Positions 39,928 through 50,400 of a stretch of DNA of 64,000 bases are shown one piece after another. The DNA comes from an uncultured virus (IMG/VR IMGVR_UViG_3300011339_000925) (lineage: Duplodnaviria > Heunggongvirae > Uroviricota > Caudoviricetes), in the IMG/VR virus record IMGVR_UViG_3300011339_000925; one strand, written 5' to 3'. Position 1 is the stretch's first letter; each line of letters starts with the position of its first letter. The notes beneath the pieces are model-generated. The model ran no database searches and was not told the DNA's origin. It worked only from the letters and a program-made list of their open reading frames with translations. Made by a program: the position numbers and the translations under genes.

Positions 39928-40468
39928 ATCTATTATAGAATTTCAAAAAGCTGGTGGTCATACTGTAGCTTATAGCACAGATAAAGATTATGTACCATCT
40001 ATAGAAGATAGAAAATTAAGATTAAAATTAATCTTTGAAGAATTATCAGAATTAGCATTTGCTTATGGTTTGTGCGGTACATTTAGTAAATTATGTACAG
40101 ATTATATAGAAGATAGTTTTTTAAATAAAAATGCAGTAGATACTAAAACTTTTAATAAAGAAGAATCTTTAGATGCACTATGTGATTTGTCTGTTGTAGT
40201 AAATGGTGGATATTGTATTTCAGGATTTACCGATATTGCTGAAGAAGCATATGAAGAAACTATGAAATCTAACATGTCTAAGTTTTGTTATTCTTTAGAC
40301 GAAGCGTTAGCAACTGTAGCTAATAAAGAAGATTGGACTTATAAACAAGTTGTGGTAAATAGCAAAATCATTTATGCTATTTTAAGAAAAGAAGATGGTA
40401 AGATAATGAAGAGTCCTGCTTTTTATAAGCCTGATTACAGTAAACTTTTAAATAAAGATGGAAAATAA
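39920..40468 (+). CDS. MazG-like NTP pyrophosphohydrolase
   Basis: LRLKLIFEELSEL, DALCDL, SNMSK, DGKIMK. Confidence 0.8.
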   Translation: MLKSIIEFQKAGGHTVAYSTDKDYVPSIEDRKLRLKLIFEELSELAFAYGLCGTFSKLCTDYIEDSFLNKNAVDTKTFNKEESLDALCDLSVVVNGGYCISGFTDIAEEAYEETMKSNMSKFCYSLDEALATVANKEDWTYKQVVVNSKIIYAILRKEDGKIMKSPAFYKPDYSKLLNKDGK

Positions 40469-40769
40469 AGTACCGTATATAAAAGCTCTTGCTGCTCAAA
40501 CTTGTATACATACAGCTGCTTGTTTAATAGAAGATATATTAGAAGATAAAGGTTATAATGTTTATAAAAATCCTAAAAATCCACCATCTAAATTATTAAA
40601 AGATTTATTAGCAGCAAGAAGTAAAATGAATGATTGTTGTCTTAAAATTATGCCTGATTTTAATGCTCAACAAACAGATTTTATTAATCAAGTTAGTTAC
40701 ATTATAGAAGATGTAATTAAAGATGTTTTTAATAAAAATTATGCAGAAAATACTAATAACAAAAGCTGA
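40458..40769 (+). CDS. Hypothetical protein
   Basis: ORF in operon. Confidence 0.6.
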   Translation: MENKVPYIKALAAQTCIHTAACLIEDILEDKGYNVYKNPKNPPSKLLKDLLAARSKMNDCCLKIMPDFNAQQTDFINQVSYIIEDVIKDVFNKNYAENTNNKS

Positions 40770-41064
40770 AATAATAGATAAATTAAAAGATAAATTAGGT
40801 AAAGATTTTAATAAAGATAGTTTTATACTTATAACAACTCCATTTTTTAAATTTAAAAGTGTAGGTATAAAAAAACATGAATTAGAAAAAGGGATTTATT
40901 TAACATTACTAGATAATAATGGTAATCCTATGTTTGATGGTAATATATTTTATTTTAAATATAGCGGTAACTTTAGTTTTATAGATTATTTATATAATTC
41001 TCAATATGATAAGTACATGTTTCCTTTATGGAAATTAGGTGATTACGGAACAATCATTTATTAA
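40723..41064 (+). CDS. Hypothetical protein
   Basis: ORF in operon (start probably 40741). Confidence 0.6.
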   Translation: MFLIKIMQKILITKAEIIDKLKDKLGKDFNKDSFILITTPFFKFKSVGIKKHELEKGIYLTLLDNNGNPMFDGNIFYFKYSGNFSFIDYLYNSQYDKYMFPLWKLGDYGTIIY

Positions 41065-41084
41065 ATTAATATTACTATGAAAAT

Positions 41085-41678
41085 ATGGAGGGTTCAATAA
41101 TTATTGATGTAGAAGAATTAATAGATACAGGTATAACAATGGAACAATATTTTATATTGTGTACATTGTCATTAAATCGTGTAGATTTAATAGTAAAGTA
41201 TGTTCATAAGTACGGTGAATTTAAAATAAGTGATTTAGAAAGTTTAAAAAATAAAGAACTTATTAATTATAATGAATTTACTAATGACATTACTACTATT
41301 AAATTAACAGATAAAGGAAATAGTTTTATTCATATAATGAAAGTAGAAAATCAAATTGAAAAGATACAATCAAACTCTATGCAATTTGATGAATTACTTG
41401 AATTATATCCTAAAAAAACTCCTAAAGGACGTGCGTTACAAGCAGGTTATAGGTTAAATAGAGAAAAATGGTCAAAAATGTATTTTGCTAATCTTAAAAA
41501 AAGTGGATTTACTCATGAACAAGTTATAGATGCTGTTAAAAATGAGATTAAATCTAGAACAATAAACAATACTTTAGAGTATTTATCTATGTTACCTACA
41601 TATATTAATCAAGGTAAATGGGATAGTTATATTTCTACTGTAGTTAATCCTGTACAATATGGAGACGACTTTAAATAA
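41085..41678 (+). CDS. Putative replication initiator / helicase loader
   Basis: wHTH-like N-terminus, FDELLELYPKK...TYINQGKW; overlaps dnaB. Confidence 0.55.
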   Translation: MEGSIIIDVEELIDTGITMEQYFILCTLSLNRVDLIVKYVHKYGEFKISDLESLKNKELINYNEFTNDITTIKLTDKGNSFIHIMKVENQIEKIQSNSMQFDELLELYPKKTPKGRALQAGYRLNREKWSKMYFANLKKSGFTHEQVIDAVKNEIKSRTINNTLEYLSMLPTYINQGKWDSYISTVVNPVQYGDDFK

Positions 41679-42621
41679 TTTAGGTCTTGTTCATATTAAG
41701 GACGCTACTGAACAAGCATTAAAAGAAATAAAAGATAGAAAGGATAATTTAATTCGTCCTTTAAAAACAAGATGGGAAAAGTTTAATGATTTAATAGGTG
41801 GTGGTATAGAATTTAATAATTTAATTACTATTGCTGGTATTTCAGGTGCAGGTAAATCATCTATTGCAAATGAATTAGAAACTGCTTTATTTGATTATAA
41901 TCCTGGAGAAAATTTTGTCGTATTAAGTTGGAATTACGAAATGACAAATAAAGCTCAAGTTATAAGAAAATTAAGTTATAAAACTAATTTAACAGTTAAT
42001 GAAATTAAATCTGGTAAAGTAAAAATTTCAGATGATCAATATAATTCATTAGCAAAAGAAGCAAAAGATATTGCAAAATATAGAATTTATTATGCTGAAA
42101 AAACTAAAACACCTGAAGAAATGTGTCAAATGGTCAGACTTTTTCATGAAGAATGTAAAAAAGAATATGGAAAAGATTGTGGGTTAATTTGTTTTTTAGA
42201 CCATACAAGATTAACAAAGAAAAAAACAAATGAGTTTGATACTATCAATAGTTTACAAGAAATGTTTATTGAATTAAAAAAAGAAGATAAACGTACATTT
42301 GTACAACTTAGTCAATTAAACAGAAGTATTGAATCTGTTGATAGAGTATCTAATCCATTAATGCATTTTCCTCAAAGATCAGATGTATTTGGTGCTGATT
42401 CAGTATATCAATCTTCTGATTTAGTAGTTTGTGCACATAGACCAGAATTGTTAAATCTACAATATTATAGTTTAAATAATTATGCTGTAAAAAATAAAGT
42501 GTATGTGCATGGTTTAAAAGTTAGAGAAGGTGAACCAGCTCCTATTAGATTTATTAACAATTTAAAGTATAATAGAATAGATGAAGACCCTGTATTACCA
42601 AAAATTAATGAATCTAATTAA
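41659..42621 (+). CDS. dnaB: DnaB-like replicative helicase
   Basis: AGISGAGKS, LDH, LSQLNR, SDVFGADSVYQSSD, KVREG. Confidence 0.9.
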   Translation: METTLNNLGLVHIKDATEQALKEIKDRKDNLIRPLKTRWEKFNDLIGGGIEFNNLITIAGISGAGKSSIANELETALFDYNPGENFVVLSWNYEMTNKAQVIRKLSYKTNLTVNEIKSGKVKISDDQYNSLAKEAKDIAKYRIYYAEKTKTPEEMCQMVRLFHEECKKEYGKDCGLICFLDHTRLTKKKTNEFDTINSLQEMFIELKKEDKRTFVQLSQLNRSIESVDRVSNPLMHFPQRSDVFGADSVYQSSDLVVCAHRPELLNLQYYSLNNYAVKNKVYVHGLKVREGEPAPIRFINNLKYNRIDEDPVLPKINESN

Positions 42622-42632
42622 ATATTTAATTT

Positions 42633-42986
42633 ATGAGCAAAGTAACTTTAACAGAGGATCACCGATTAAAAGTGGTTGAAATGACAAAATTTATTATGTA
42701 TGAGTATGATGTAAGTATTGATAATACTACATCACCATTTATTCATTATCAACACAAAATAGATACAGATAAAAAAGGTAAAATATATTGGTTAGAACAT
42801 TTAGTCTACCATATAGCAAAAAAGATATTAAATAGAGATGATAGTGCATTATTAATGTTTAGAACTTGTTGTTTATCTAACATTATGCCTATAGATTCAC
42901 CACATCATCCTGTATTATATCTTTATGAAAGATATAGAAGAAATAAAGAAGCTAAAGAAAAACAATTACAATTACCGTTAAATTAA
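42633..42986 (+). CDS. Hypothetical protein
   Basis: ORF in operon. Confidence 0.6.
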   Translation: MSKVTLTEDHRLKVVEMTKFIMYEYDVSIDNTTSPFIHYQHKIDTDKKGKIYWLEHLVYHIAKKILNRDDSALLMFRTCCLSNIMPIDSPHHPVLYLYERYRRNKEAKEKQLQLPLN

Positions 42987-42994
42987 AACAAATT

Positions 42995-44779
42995 ATGGGA
43001 AAAACAGTAGGTATTTTTTCAATGAGTGGTGAAGGTAAAACTACATCCACAATCGTAAATCCAGATGGTAAATACGATTTTAGTAAAGAAGGATATAAAG
43101 GTATAAATCCAAAATCTCATTTTATCATTAATTGTGATAAAAAAGAATTACCTTTTCCTGGAAATATGTGGTCTGCTGAAGAAAAAAATTATGCATCTAC
43201 TTCAGATTATGATTCTATCATAAAATGTATAGATTATTGTTCTAAAACACCTGATATTAAATCAGTTGCAATAGATACAATAAATTCGTATCTTACATTT
43301 AAAGAATTCAATGACAGAAAGAAAATGACTTTCGATCAGTTAAACTAACTTATTTACAATAATATTTTGAAAATACGTAAAATTGATTTACATTTACATT
43401 AATGTAATCAATATGAATAATAAATTAAATCATGCTTTAATAGAATCTCTTGTTTTAGAAGGAAAATCTTATTTAGAAGTTTGTGAAATTACTAAATATA
43501 ATAAAAATTCTGTATATGGTTGGTGTTTGAAAAGATTTGGAAAACTTTCAGATAGAAATAAAATTCGTAGACAGGTAATAGAAATTTCACAAAAACAAAA
43601 AGAGATAATATTTGGTACTTTATTAGGAGATGGTAATTTAAGAAAAGTAAAAAACTCTTATTGGGGAAGAACTAATCATTCTTTATCTCAACAAGAATAT
43701 TGCTTATTTAAGCAAAAAGAACTTTTAGAATTAACTTATTCTGTAGCGTACTCAGATAAAAAATTAAAACAGTTTCCAAATAAAACTTATAAACAATGCT
43801 ACTTTTGCTTTAAACCTAATGAAAATTTAAAGTACTTTTATAATGCTTTTTACTATAAAGAAAAAAAAGATATACCATTAGATTTAACTTTACTTACACC
43901 ACTTGCTTTAGCAATTTGGTTTATGGATGATGGTACAGCTTCTAGTAAATGCAGCATTAGTATAGCAACATGTAGTTTTAGTTTAGAAGGATTAATTAGA
44001 TTAAAAGAGTTTTTAAAACTTAAATATGATTTAGATATTATAATTCAAAAAGATTTCAAAATATACTTTACAGCAGATTCTGGAAAAAAGTTTTTTAAAT
44101 TAGTAAAACCATATATTTTAGAATCTATGCTATATAAGTTTAAACATGTAAATACTCTGCTGATCTAAAATCTCGTGAATCTGGGAAAGTCTTGAAGAAG
44201 ATAACCCTTATCCAAGTTATATAGAAATATATAAAAGGAACAACGACTAGTATATACTTTCTTAATGGGTAGTGCCAAAGAAAATGAAATACCAAGAGTG
44301 CGGGACATTTACCTATATATACTAATATTAAGTGGTAAATGAAGAGATAGTCTGAACTGTATATAACAAAATAAAATACAGAACTAAAGAATAAAGAGTC
44401 TTTAGGATAACAATTTCTTGGGAGAGATTTAGCTCTTGACATTGTAGAATTAATTAATTTATGTAATACTAAACTTCGTAAAGACCAAATTGCATATTTA
44501 TTTGGTCATGTTGAATTAATTACAGATGTAAATGGTGAAGAGAAAAAAGTATTAGCAACTACAGGTAAAAAATTAAAAAAGATATTTCCTGAATCTTTGC
44601 TTCCTATTGTATTATTTGGTAGAGTAGAAGGTGGATTAGATGGTGATAATACTCATTATTTTGAAACCAAAGCATCAAAATCAACTAGTAAAACTCCAAT
44701 AGGTATGTTTAATGATTTTCTAATTCCAAATAGTTTGAAATTAGTAGATGATGCTATTCGTAATTATTATAAAATTTAA
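42995..44779 (+). CDS. AAA (Sak4-like) ATPase, spliced (exon 1 42995-43340, exon 2 44421-44779; 234 aa)
   Basis: Walker A SGEGKTT, Walker B VAIDT; splicing gives MTFDQWRDLA...LFGH...GKK, in frame with the 44597 ORF; SKTPIGMF. Confidence 0.85.
43341..44420 (+). mobile_element. Group I intron in the AAA ATPase gene (1080 nt)
   Basis: Exon ends in U, intron ends in G; core GTGAATCTGGGAA, AACCCTTATCCAAG, CAACGACTA, GATAGTCTGAAC. Confidence 0.88.
43383..44168 (+). CDS. Intron-encoded LAGLIDADG homing endonuclease (I-SceI-like; start probably ~43413)
   Basis: IIFGTLLGDG and LAIWFMDDG; SMLYK near the C-terminus. Confidence 0.88.
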   Translation: MIYIYINVINMNNKLNHALIESLVLEGKSYLEVCEITKYNKNSVYGWCLKRFGKLSDRNKIRRQVIEISQKQKEIIFGTLLGDGNLRKVKNSYWGRTNHSLSQQEYCLFKQKELLELTYSVAYSDKKLKQFPNKTYKQCYFCFKPNENLKYFYNAFYYKEKKDIPLDLTLLTPLALAIWFMDDGTASSKCSISIATCSFSLEGLIRLKEFLKLKYDLDIIIQKDFKIYFTADSGKKFFKLVKPYILESMLYKFKHVNTLLI

Positions 44780-44809
44780 ATCAATTTTTAACCTTAAACA
44801 ATTTATATT

Positions 44810-45085
44810 ATGTCAAATGTAAGAACAATTTTAAAACAAACATTGCAAAATCTTGTAGACGAGAAAAAATCAGTAGAAGAAATTGCTGAAATCTTAGGAG
44901 CTCCTAAATCTAAAATTAAAGAAGGTTTGAAATTCTTTGATATTAAATTACCAAGAGCTTCAAGAGGTGGTATCATTTGGAACTTCTTAGATGAAGAAGC
45001 TGAATTTGATGTTCCTGTAGCTATAGAAGCTCCTGTAATTGTAACAGAAGATACTACTAATAACAACGTACCATTAACATTTTAA
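44810..45085 (+). CDS. Small HTH-like protein
   Basis: SVEEIAEILGAPKSKIKE. Confidence 0.6.
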   Translation: MSNVRTILKQTLQNLVDEKKSVEEIAEILGAPKSKIKEGLKFFDIKLPRASRGGIIWNFLDEEAEFDVPVAIEAPVIVTEDTTNNNVPLTF

Positions 45086-45163
45086 TTATTTACTTAATAG
45101 GGTTTGCATTTAGTTGTAAACCCTATTTTTATTTTATTTGTAACCTTTAAATTAAATTATATT

Positions 45164-45757
45164 ATGTCAAATTTCTCATTTAGCAAAACCGAAGAAGTAA
45201 AACAAACCGTAGGTGTTAAAGCATCAACTGGTATTCATGAATTTAAAATTGTTTCTGTAGATATTATAGAAATAAAAGGTAAAGATGGTAACCCAGATTG
45301 GGAAAAAGGTCAATTAAATTTAGTATGTACTAAAACAATTGAAGGTAAAGATTCAGTTGGTAAAACAATGAATTATGATATTCTTTATCCTAAAGATGAA
45401 GAAGGAGCTGAAAAACTAGGTAAAAGATTAATGCATATATTATCTAAAGTTTCTACTAAAGATAAAATAGAAACTGTAAAAGATTCTATTAAAAAATTAG
45501 ATTTGACTTCTATCAAAACTTTGATGAATGGTATTAAAAAGATAGTTGAAAACAGGTCTTTACGTCTAAAAATTGTAGCTAATAGAGAAGGTAAATATCC
45601 TACTATTCCTTTGTATTATTCTGGTTATGCTGAAACTATAGATACTAATCCTTCTGAACTACGCTATGATGCTGATAAAGAAGGTATTAAAACAGCTCCT
45701 ACTAATACAGAAAGTGTTGTAGAAGATTTTGAAATGGTAGATGATCTTCCATTTTAA
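45164..45757 (+). CDS. ssb: Single-stranded DNA-binding protein
   Basis: Acidic tail ending DDLPF; between the Sak4-like ATPase and primase; ATG 45164 lies downstream of the 45098-45130 hairpin. Confidence 0.7.
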   Translation: MSNFSFSKTEEVKQTVGVKASTGIHEFKIVSVDIIEIKGKDGNPDWEKGQLNLVCTKTIEGKDSVGKTMNYDILYPKDEEGAEKLGKRLMHILSKVSTKDKIETVKDSIKKLDLTSIKTLMNGIKKIVENRSLRLKIVANREGKYPTIPLYYSGYAETIDTNPSELRYDADKEGIKTAPTNTESVVEDFEMVDDLPF

Positions 45758-45824
45758 TTAAATTTTTAATTTGTAAATAATAAGTAGGGATTGTAAATTT
45801 GCTTTCCCTACTTTTTACTCCACT

Positions 45825-46790
45825 ATGTTTTCATTTAATAATGTTAAAGAACAAGAAACATTGTCTCCAAGAGAGACTATAGAACAAATAGGGGAAGAAA
45901 ATATTTATTTTAAATATTTAGGATATTATCCAGAACCAAATAAAAAATATAAATCACCGTTTTCAAAAGATAAAACACCTTCATTTTCATTTAAACAATA
46001 CGATAATTTAATTTTTAAATGTTTTAGTACTAATAAAGGTGGAGATTGTATTAAATTAGTGTCTGAATTATATAATGAATCTTACAAAAATGCAGTCAAA
46101 AGAATATTGTTCGACTTTAAAACAGGAAATACGATACAAGATAAACCTGAAATATTGGGTGCAAGTAAATTTATTAGATATAATACTGAAATACAAGTGG
46201 TTTTACAACCTTATAGTAAAAGTGATTTAATTTATTGGGAACAAGGAAATATAGATATAAATACTCTTAATTTTTTTAATGTTAAAGTTGCAAAAGAAGT
46301 ATGGTTAAATAAAGGAGAAGGATATAAATATGTGTGGAATTATGTATCAAAAAATCCTATATTCAGATATTTAATAAATGGTAAATACAAATGTTACAGA
46401 CCTTTAGAACCAGATAAATCTTTTAAATGGTTAAGTAATATGACTAGTAAAGAATGGCAAGGTTTTAATCAATTACCTGATAAAAATAATATATTAATTA
46501 TCACCAAATCTATGAAAGATATTATGGTTTGGTATAAATTAGGTTATCCTGCTGTTTCACCATCATCTGAATCTCAAATAATTAAACCTGAAATTTTTGA
46601 TTATTTTTATAGTAGATTTAATAAAATCTATCTTAATTATGATTTTGATAAAACTGGTATATCTCAGGCTTCACAATATGATGTACCTAAAATCTTTACG
46701 TTTGACGATAACTGCAAAGATGTTTTTGAGTTAGTTAAAACAAGAGGTTTTACAGAAGCAAAACAAAAATTAGTAACACAAATTAATTAA
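45825..46790 (+). CDS. DNA primase (Toprim)
   Basis: SPFSKDKTPSF...FKCF...GGD; ITKSMKD; YDFDKTG; KD. Confidence 0.85.
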   Translation: MFSFNNVKEQETLSPRETIEQIGEENIYFKYLGYYPEPNKKYKSPFSKDKTPSFSFKQYDNLIFKCFSTNKGGDCIKLVSELYNESYKNAVKRILFDFKTGNTIQDKPEILGASKFIRYNTEIQVVLQPYSKSDLIYWEQGNIDINTLNFFNVKVAKEVWLNKGEGYKYVWNYVSKNPIFRYLINGKYKCYRPLEPDKSFKWLSNMTSKEWQGFNQLPDKNNILIITKSMKDIMVWYKLGYPAVSPSSESQIIKPEIFDYFYSRFNKIYLNYDFDKTGISQASQYDVPKIFTFDDNCKDVFELVKTRGFTEAKQKLVTQIN

Positions 46791-46798
46791 ATTTTATT

Positions 46799-47302
46799 AT
46801 GAAAGCTGCATTTATTATTAAAAACAAAAATCTTTCAAACGCTGTTTGTATGTTTGCTGAAAAATTAGGATTATCTGTTGATTCAGATAATTTTGAAAGA
46901 AAATCTGGAGAAGCAATTTCTATTGGTACTTCTAAAAAATATGTAGTAGCAGGTAATTCAAAACCTAGCTTTTATGAAGACAAATATGATTTAAATGTTG
47001 AAGAACTTACTACTGATAATGTATTGGATTGTATTGAAGCTATTATAACACATTATAATAGTTCTGCAGATGAAAATCTTGATACAACATTTGATGGAGT
47101 ATCTGATGAAATAGATGATTCAGGTTATAACCATGAAATTATTAATCTTCTTGTTGCTAAAGTTAAAAAGCAAAAAAAATCTATTAAAAACTATTGGGTT
47201 GTAGCAAATGATTTTAATGATTATTCATTAACAACTAATGCTGATGCTGATGGTGTGGTAGGTAATTTATTCCACATATTTAATGAAATTAATGCTGACT
47301 AA
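46799..47302 (+). CDS. Hypothetical acidic protein
   Basis: ORF followed by a terminator. Confidence 0.7.
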   Translation: MKAAFIIKNKNLSNAVCMFAEKLGLSVDSDNFERKSGEAISIGTSKKYVVAGNSKPSFYEDKYDLNVEELTTDNVLDCIEAIITHYNSSADENLDTTFDGVSDEIDDSGYNHEIINLLVAKVKKQKKSIKNYWVVANDFNDYSLTTNADADGVVGNLFHIFNEINAD

Positions 47303-47315
47303 GCATTAATTTTAC

Positions 47316-47350
47316 AAAGCAAGTAATCTTTATGGTTACTTGCTTTTTTT
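47316..47350 (+). terminator. Intrinsic terminator
   Basis: AAAGCAAGTAA...TTACTTGCTTTTTTT. Confidence 0.75.
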
Positions 47351-47375
47351 AATTTAAATTTAAATATTAATAACT

Positions 47376-49229
47376 ATGTCTTACGCTATTAAAATTGATG
47401 TAGATAATGGTGAAATAAGTTTATCTAAAAGTATTTTAGAAGAAACTAAACGATTAACAATTTTAAATTTTGCTTTTTTTGAAGGTGGTTTTAGTTTTTA
47501 TTTTTCTAAGAAAGGTAGAGATTTAGGACATCATAGACTTGCAATTGATAAAGAAACTAAAATAATAAAAAATTCTCATTATTCTCAGTTATTATGTGAA
47601 GCAATAGGGTTTCAAAACGATTGGAAAATTAGATTACATAAAGATAATTTAATAATAGAAGATAAATATCAAAAAAAACGAATTTATGTTGTTTATTTAG
47701 AAAAAATAACTGATGGATGTTTTAGAACATTGACTAATTCTTCTAATTTAATACAAACTAATAATTTAAGATATTCATTATCATCATCTAAGAAAAAAAT
47801 ATTAGTATTTGATGAAGAAGTTGATAATATAAAAAATGTATTTACTAAACAGTATTATAATGAAAGTTATAATCTAGATAATAAACTGTTTCATTATTTT
47901 TATCAAAAATATTCACCTACAGATTTAAAAATATGTAATAAAAATAATTTTATTGGTTATAAAGTTTTAACTACTATAATGGGTAAAAAGTTTATTGTTC
48001 TTAACACAATAAAAGCTATTAATTCTAGTATTTTTTCTTCTGAAAATTTTACTTCAATTGTTTTATCTAAATTTGGTAGACACATTAAATATCTTTATCC
48101 TAAAATAGAAATAATAAAAGTAGAAGATAAAGAAGAATTATATGTATCTTTTTTAAGTTACAATAGATTATTAGACTTTTATTATAATCATAATGTTTCT
48201 CTTACAGATTTTTCTATATTATTTAAAAATAGTAAAAGACAAAATATAAAACTAACAAAGTACATACAAGCATTAGATTCATCTTTAACTGCTGAACAAG
48301 TAAAAGAAGAATATGATAAAATCATGTTTTTTATTAAACCTTTTAAACCTGATATAAAAGAAGTTAAAGGAGAAGAAATAGTATATTGGTACGATGAAAA
48401 AAACTATATGGATTTTGATAAAGCTTCTGTATTATTTTCTTGTATGCGATACGCTAAATATGCTGAATGTATACGCTTTTACGCTAAAAATAAAAATGCT
48501 TCATTATTAATATTAACAGTAGGTGATAAATTAGTAGGTAGAGCTATTATATGGGATTGTGTAGATGGTACAAGAGTAATGGATAGACCTTATGTTTTAA
48601 AAGAATCAGATTATATAATATTTGAAAACTATAGAAAAGATAATAATATATTGTTTGCGTATGATTATAGAAAAAGAGTAAATTTTAATTCTAAAGGTTA
48701 TGGTGTTGGTCAATTTAGTAATGAATATAGTAGAAATTTTGAAATAAAATTAGATTATATACCTAAAAAAACTTTAGATCATTTTACATATATAGATGAA
48801 TTTGTCATGCAAATTGTAAATCATACAGGTACATATGATCTTCCTTATTTTGATAATTTTTCGTTTATAGATATTGAAAATAATTTATTGTTTAATCCAA
48901 GAGATATAAATGCTTATAAATTAAGTTTAAAAAATTATTTTAAATGCGAAGTATCTGGAAATATTTTACCTATTAAATATAAAGAAACACTATTAGATGG
49001 TAGAAATGTATCAAAAAAACTTACTGTTTATTCTAAATATTATAACGGAATAATTCTTGTTGAAGAAACAGTAATTATAGATAATGATTATATATTATTA
49101 AATGATTGTGAATATATTAATAAAAAATGGGTAATAAAAAACAATAAAAAAGAAAAAGAAAAAGAAGAAATTAAATTTTTAATCAATAACGAAGAATTAG
49201 AATATGTTGACGAGATTACAATTGCTTAA
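47376..49229 (+). CDS. Hypothetical protein (SCM...GRAIIW...MDR.Y family)
   Basis: SCMRY, LVGRAIIW, MDRPY, PYFD motifs; precedes a peptidase. Confidence 0.7.
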   Translation: MSYAIKIDVDNGEISLSKSILEETKRLTILNFAFFEGGFSFYFSKKGRDLGHHRLAIDKETKIIKNSHYSQLLCEAIGFQNDWKIRLHKDNLIIEDKYQKKRIYVVYLEKITDGCFRTLTNSSNLIQTNNLRYSLSSSKKKILVFDEEVDNIKNVFTKQYYNESYNLDNKLFHYFYQKYSPTDLKICNKNNFIGYKVLTTIMGKKFIVLNTIKAINSSIFSSENFTSIVLSKFGRHIKYLYPKIEIIKVEDKEELYVSFLSYNRLLDFYYNHNVSLTDFSILFKNSKRQNIKLTKYIQALDSSLTAEQVKEEYDKIMFFIKPFKPDIKEVKGEEIVYWYDEKNYMDFDKASVLFSCMRYAKYAECIRFYAKNKNASLLILTVGDKLVGRAIIWDCVDGTRVMDRPYVLKESDYIIFENYRKDNNILFAYDYRKRVNFNSKGYGVGQFSNEYSRNFEIKLDYIPKKTLDHFTYIDEFVMQIVNHTGTYDLPYFDNFSFIDIENNLLFNPRDINAYKLSLKNYFKCEVSGNILPIKYKETLLDGRNVSKKLTVYSKYYNGIILVEETVIIDNDYILLNDCEYINKKWVIKNNKKEKEKEEIKFLINNEELEYVDEITIA

Positions 49230-50400
49230 ACAATGTCTTTCTTTACAAGCTGAAAGTGGTAAAGAAAAAGAACAGATAAATTCAAATCTATATTTAATAC
49301 TAGATAATATAAAATTTCAATACAATATTAAATTACAAATAGAAGAACAAGATAATGGTACTATTTACATTACTAAAGGTACAACAGATTATTATCCTTG
49401 TTTTGTAGCGCATTCTGACGATGTTGCTAAATACAATCCTAATAAAACATTAATTACTTTTGATAATGCTGATTGGATTAGAGCTTGTGATAAAATAACA
49501 GGTGTACCACATGATGTAGCTGGTGATGATAAATGTGGTATTTGGGCAGCATTTCAAGCATTAATTGATTTACCTGCTGTTAAAGTAGCTATATTTGTTA
49601 GTGAAGAAAATGGTTGCAATGGTAGCAAAAATGCAAAAATGGAATTCTTTAAAGACTGTCAATTTGTAGCACAATTTGATAGAAAACATAATGAGAATGA
49701 TTTCATTAATTTTACTAATGGTGTAAAAGTTTGTTCTTCTGAATTTGAAACTTTTATTGCTCCTTATTTAAATAAGTATGAGTATAAATTAACGAGTGGT
49801 ACTTGTACTGATGTAGGTCAATTAAGAAAGAATGGTTTAGAAATAAGTTCTTTTAATATTTCAGCAGGTTATGGTAAAGCACATACTAATGATAGTTTTG
49901 TTGTACCATCTAAACTATTTAAATCTTATGATTTAGTTATTGAATTGTTTAAAAACTTTAAAGGACAGTCTGTATTTAAACAAGAAATTAAATCTGAAAC
50001 AACTTTTACTTCATCAAATGAAATAGTATCAGATGTTTCTAAATTACTTTCTAAAAAGTTTTATGAAATTCCTAGTAAAGATCGTAATAATACTCCAAGC
50101 AAAATAATTAATTGGGTTTTAAACGAGCTTAATTCTATGGATGAAAAACTTGAATTTTTATACCCTGATTACACTTGTGTAATTGATATTTTGTGGGATT
50201 ATCTTTTAACAGAAGAAGAAGAAAAAAGATTAGCATTAAATGATGTTGATAAAAGAAAGAGTAAGTATATTTGCAAAAATCAATTTTGTCAAGAACCTAG
50301 ACAGGTAGATTATTGGGCGATGGGAGGACCAGAAGAGGTATGTACTAAATGTAATAAAGTATTTCCTCATTACACAAATAATCAATTAGATGTTTTTTAA
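49204..50400 (+). CDS. M20/M28-family zinc peptidase-like protein with C-terminal Cys cluster
   Basis: AHSD, GDDKCG, EENG, DRK, TDV, AHT; C-terminal CxxxxC...CxxC. Confidence 0.8.
   Translation: MLTRLQLLKQCLSLQAESGKEKEQINSNLYLILDNIKFQYNIKLQIEEQDNGTIYITKGTTDYYPCFVAHSDDVAKYNPNKTLITFDNADWIRACDKITGVPHDVAGDDKCGIWAAFQALIDLPAVKVAIFVSEENGCNGSKNAKMEFFKDCQFVAQFDRKHNENDFINFTNGVKVCSSEFETFIAPYLNKYEYKLTSGTCTDVGQLRKNGLEISSFNISAGYGKAHTNDSFVVPSKLFKSYDLVIELFKNFKGQSVFKQEIKSETTFTSSNEIVSDVSKLLSKKFYEIPSKDRNNTPSKIINWVLNELNSMDEKLEFLYPDYTCVIDILWDYLLTEEEEKRLALNDVDKRKSKYICKNQFCQEPRQVDYWAMGGPEEVCTKCNKVFPHYTNNQLDVF

Noticed and set aside
45104..45163. Extended TTG start for SSB
   Set aside because: Overlaps a terminator-like hairpin; ATG 45164 has the usual AT-rich leader
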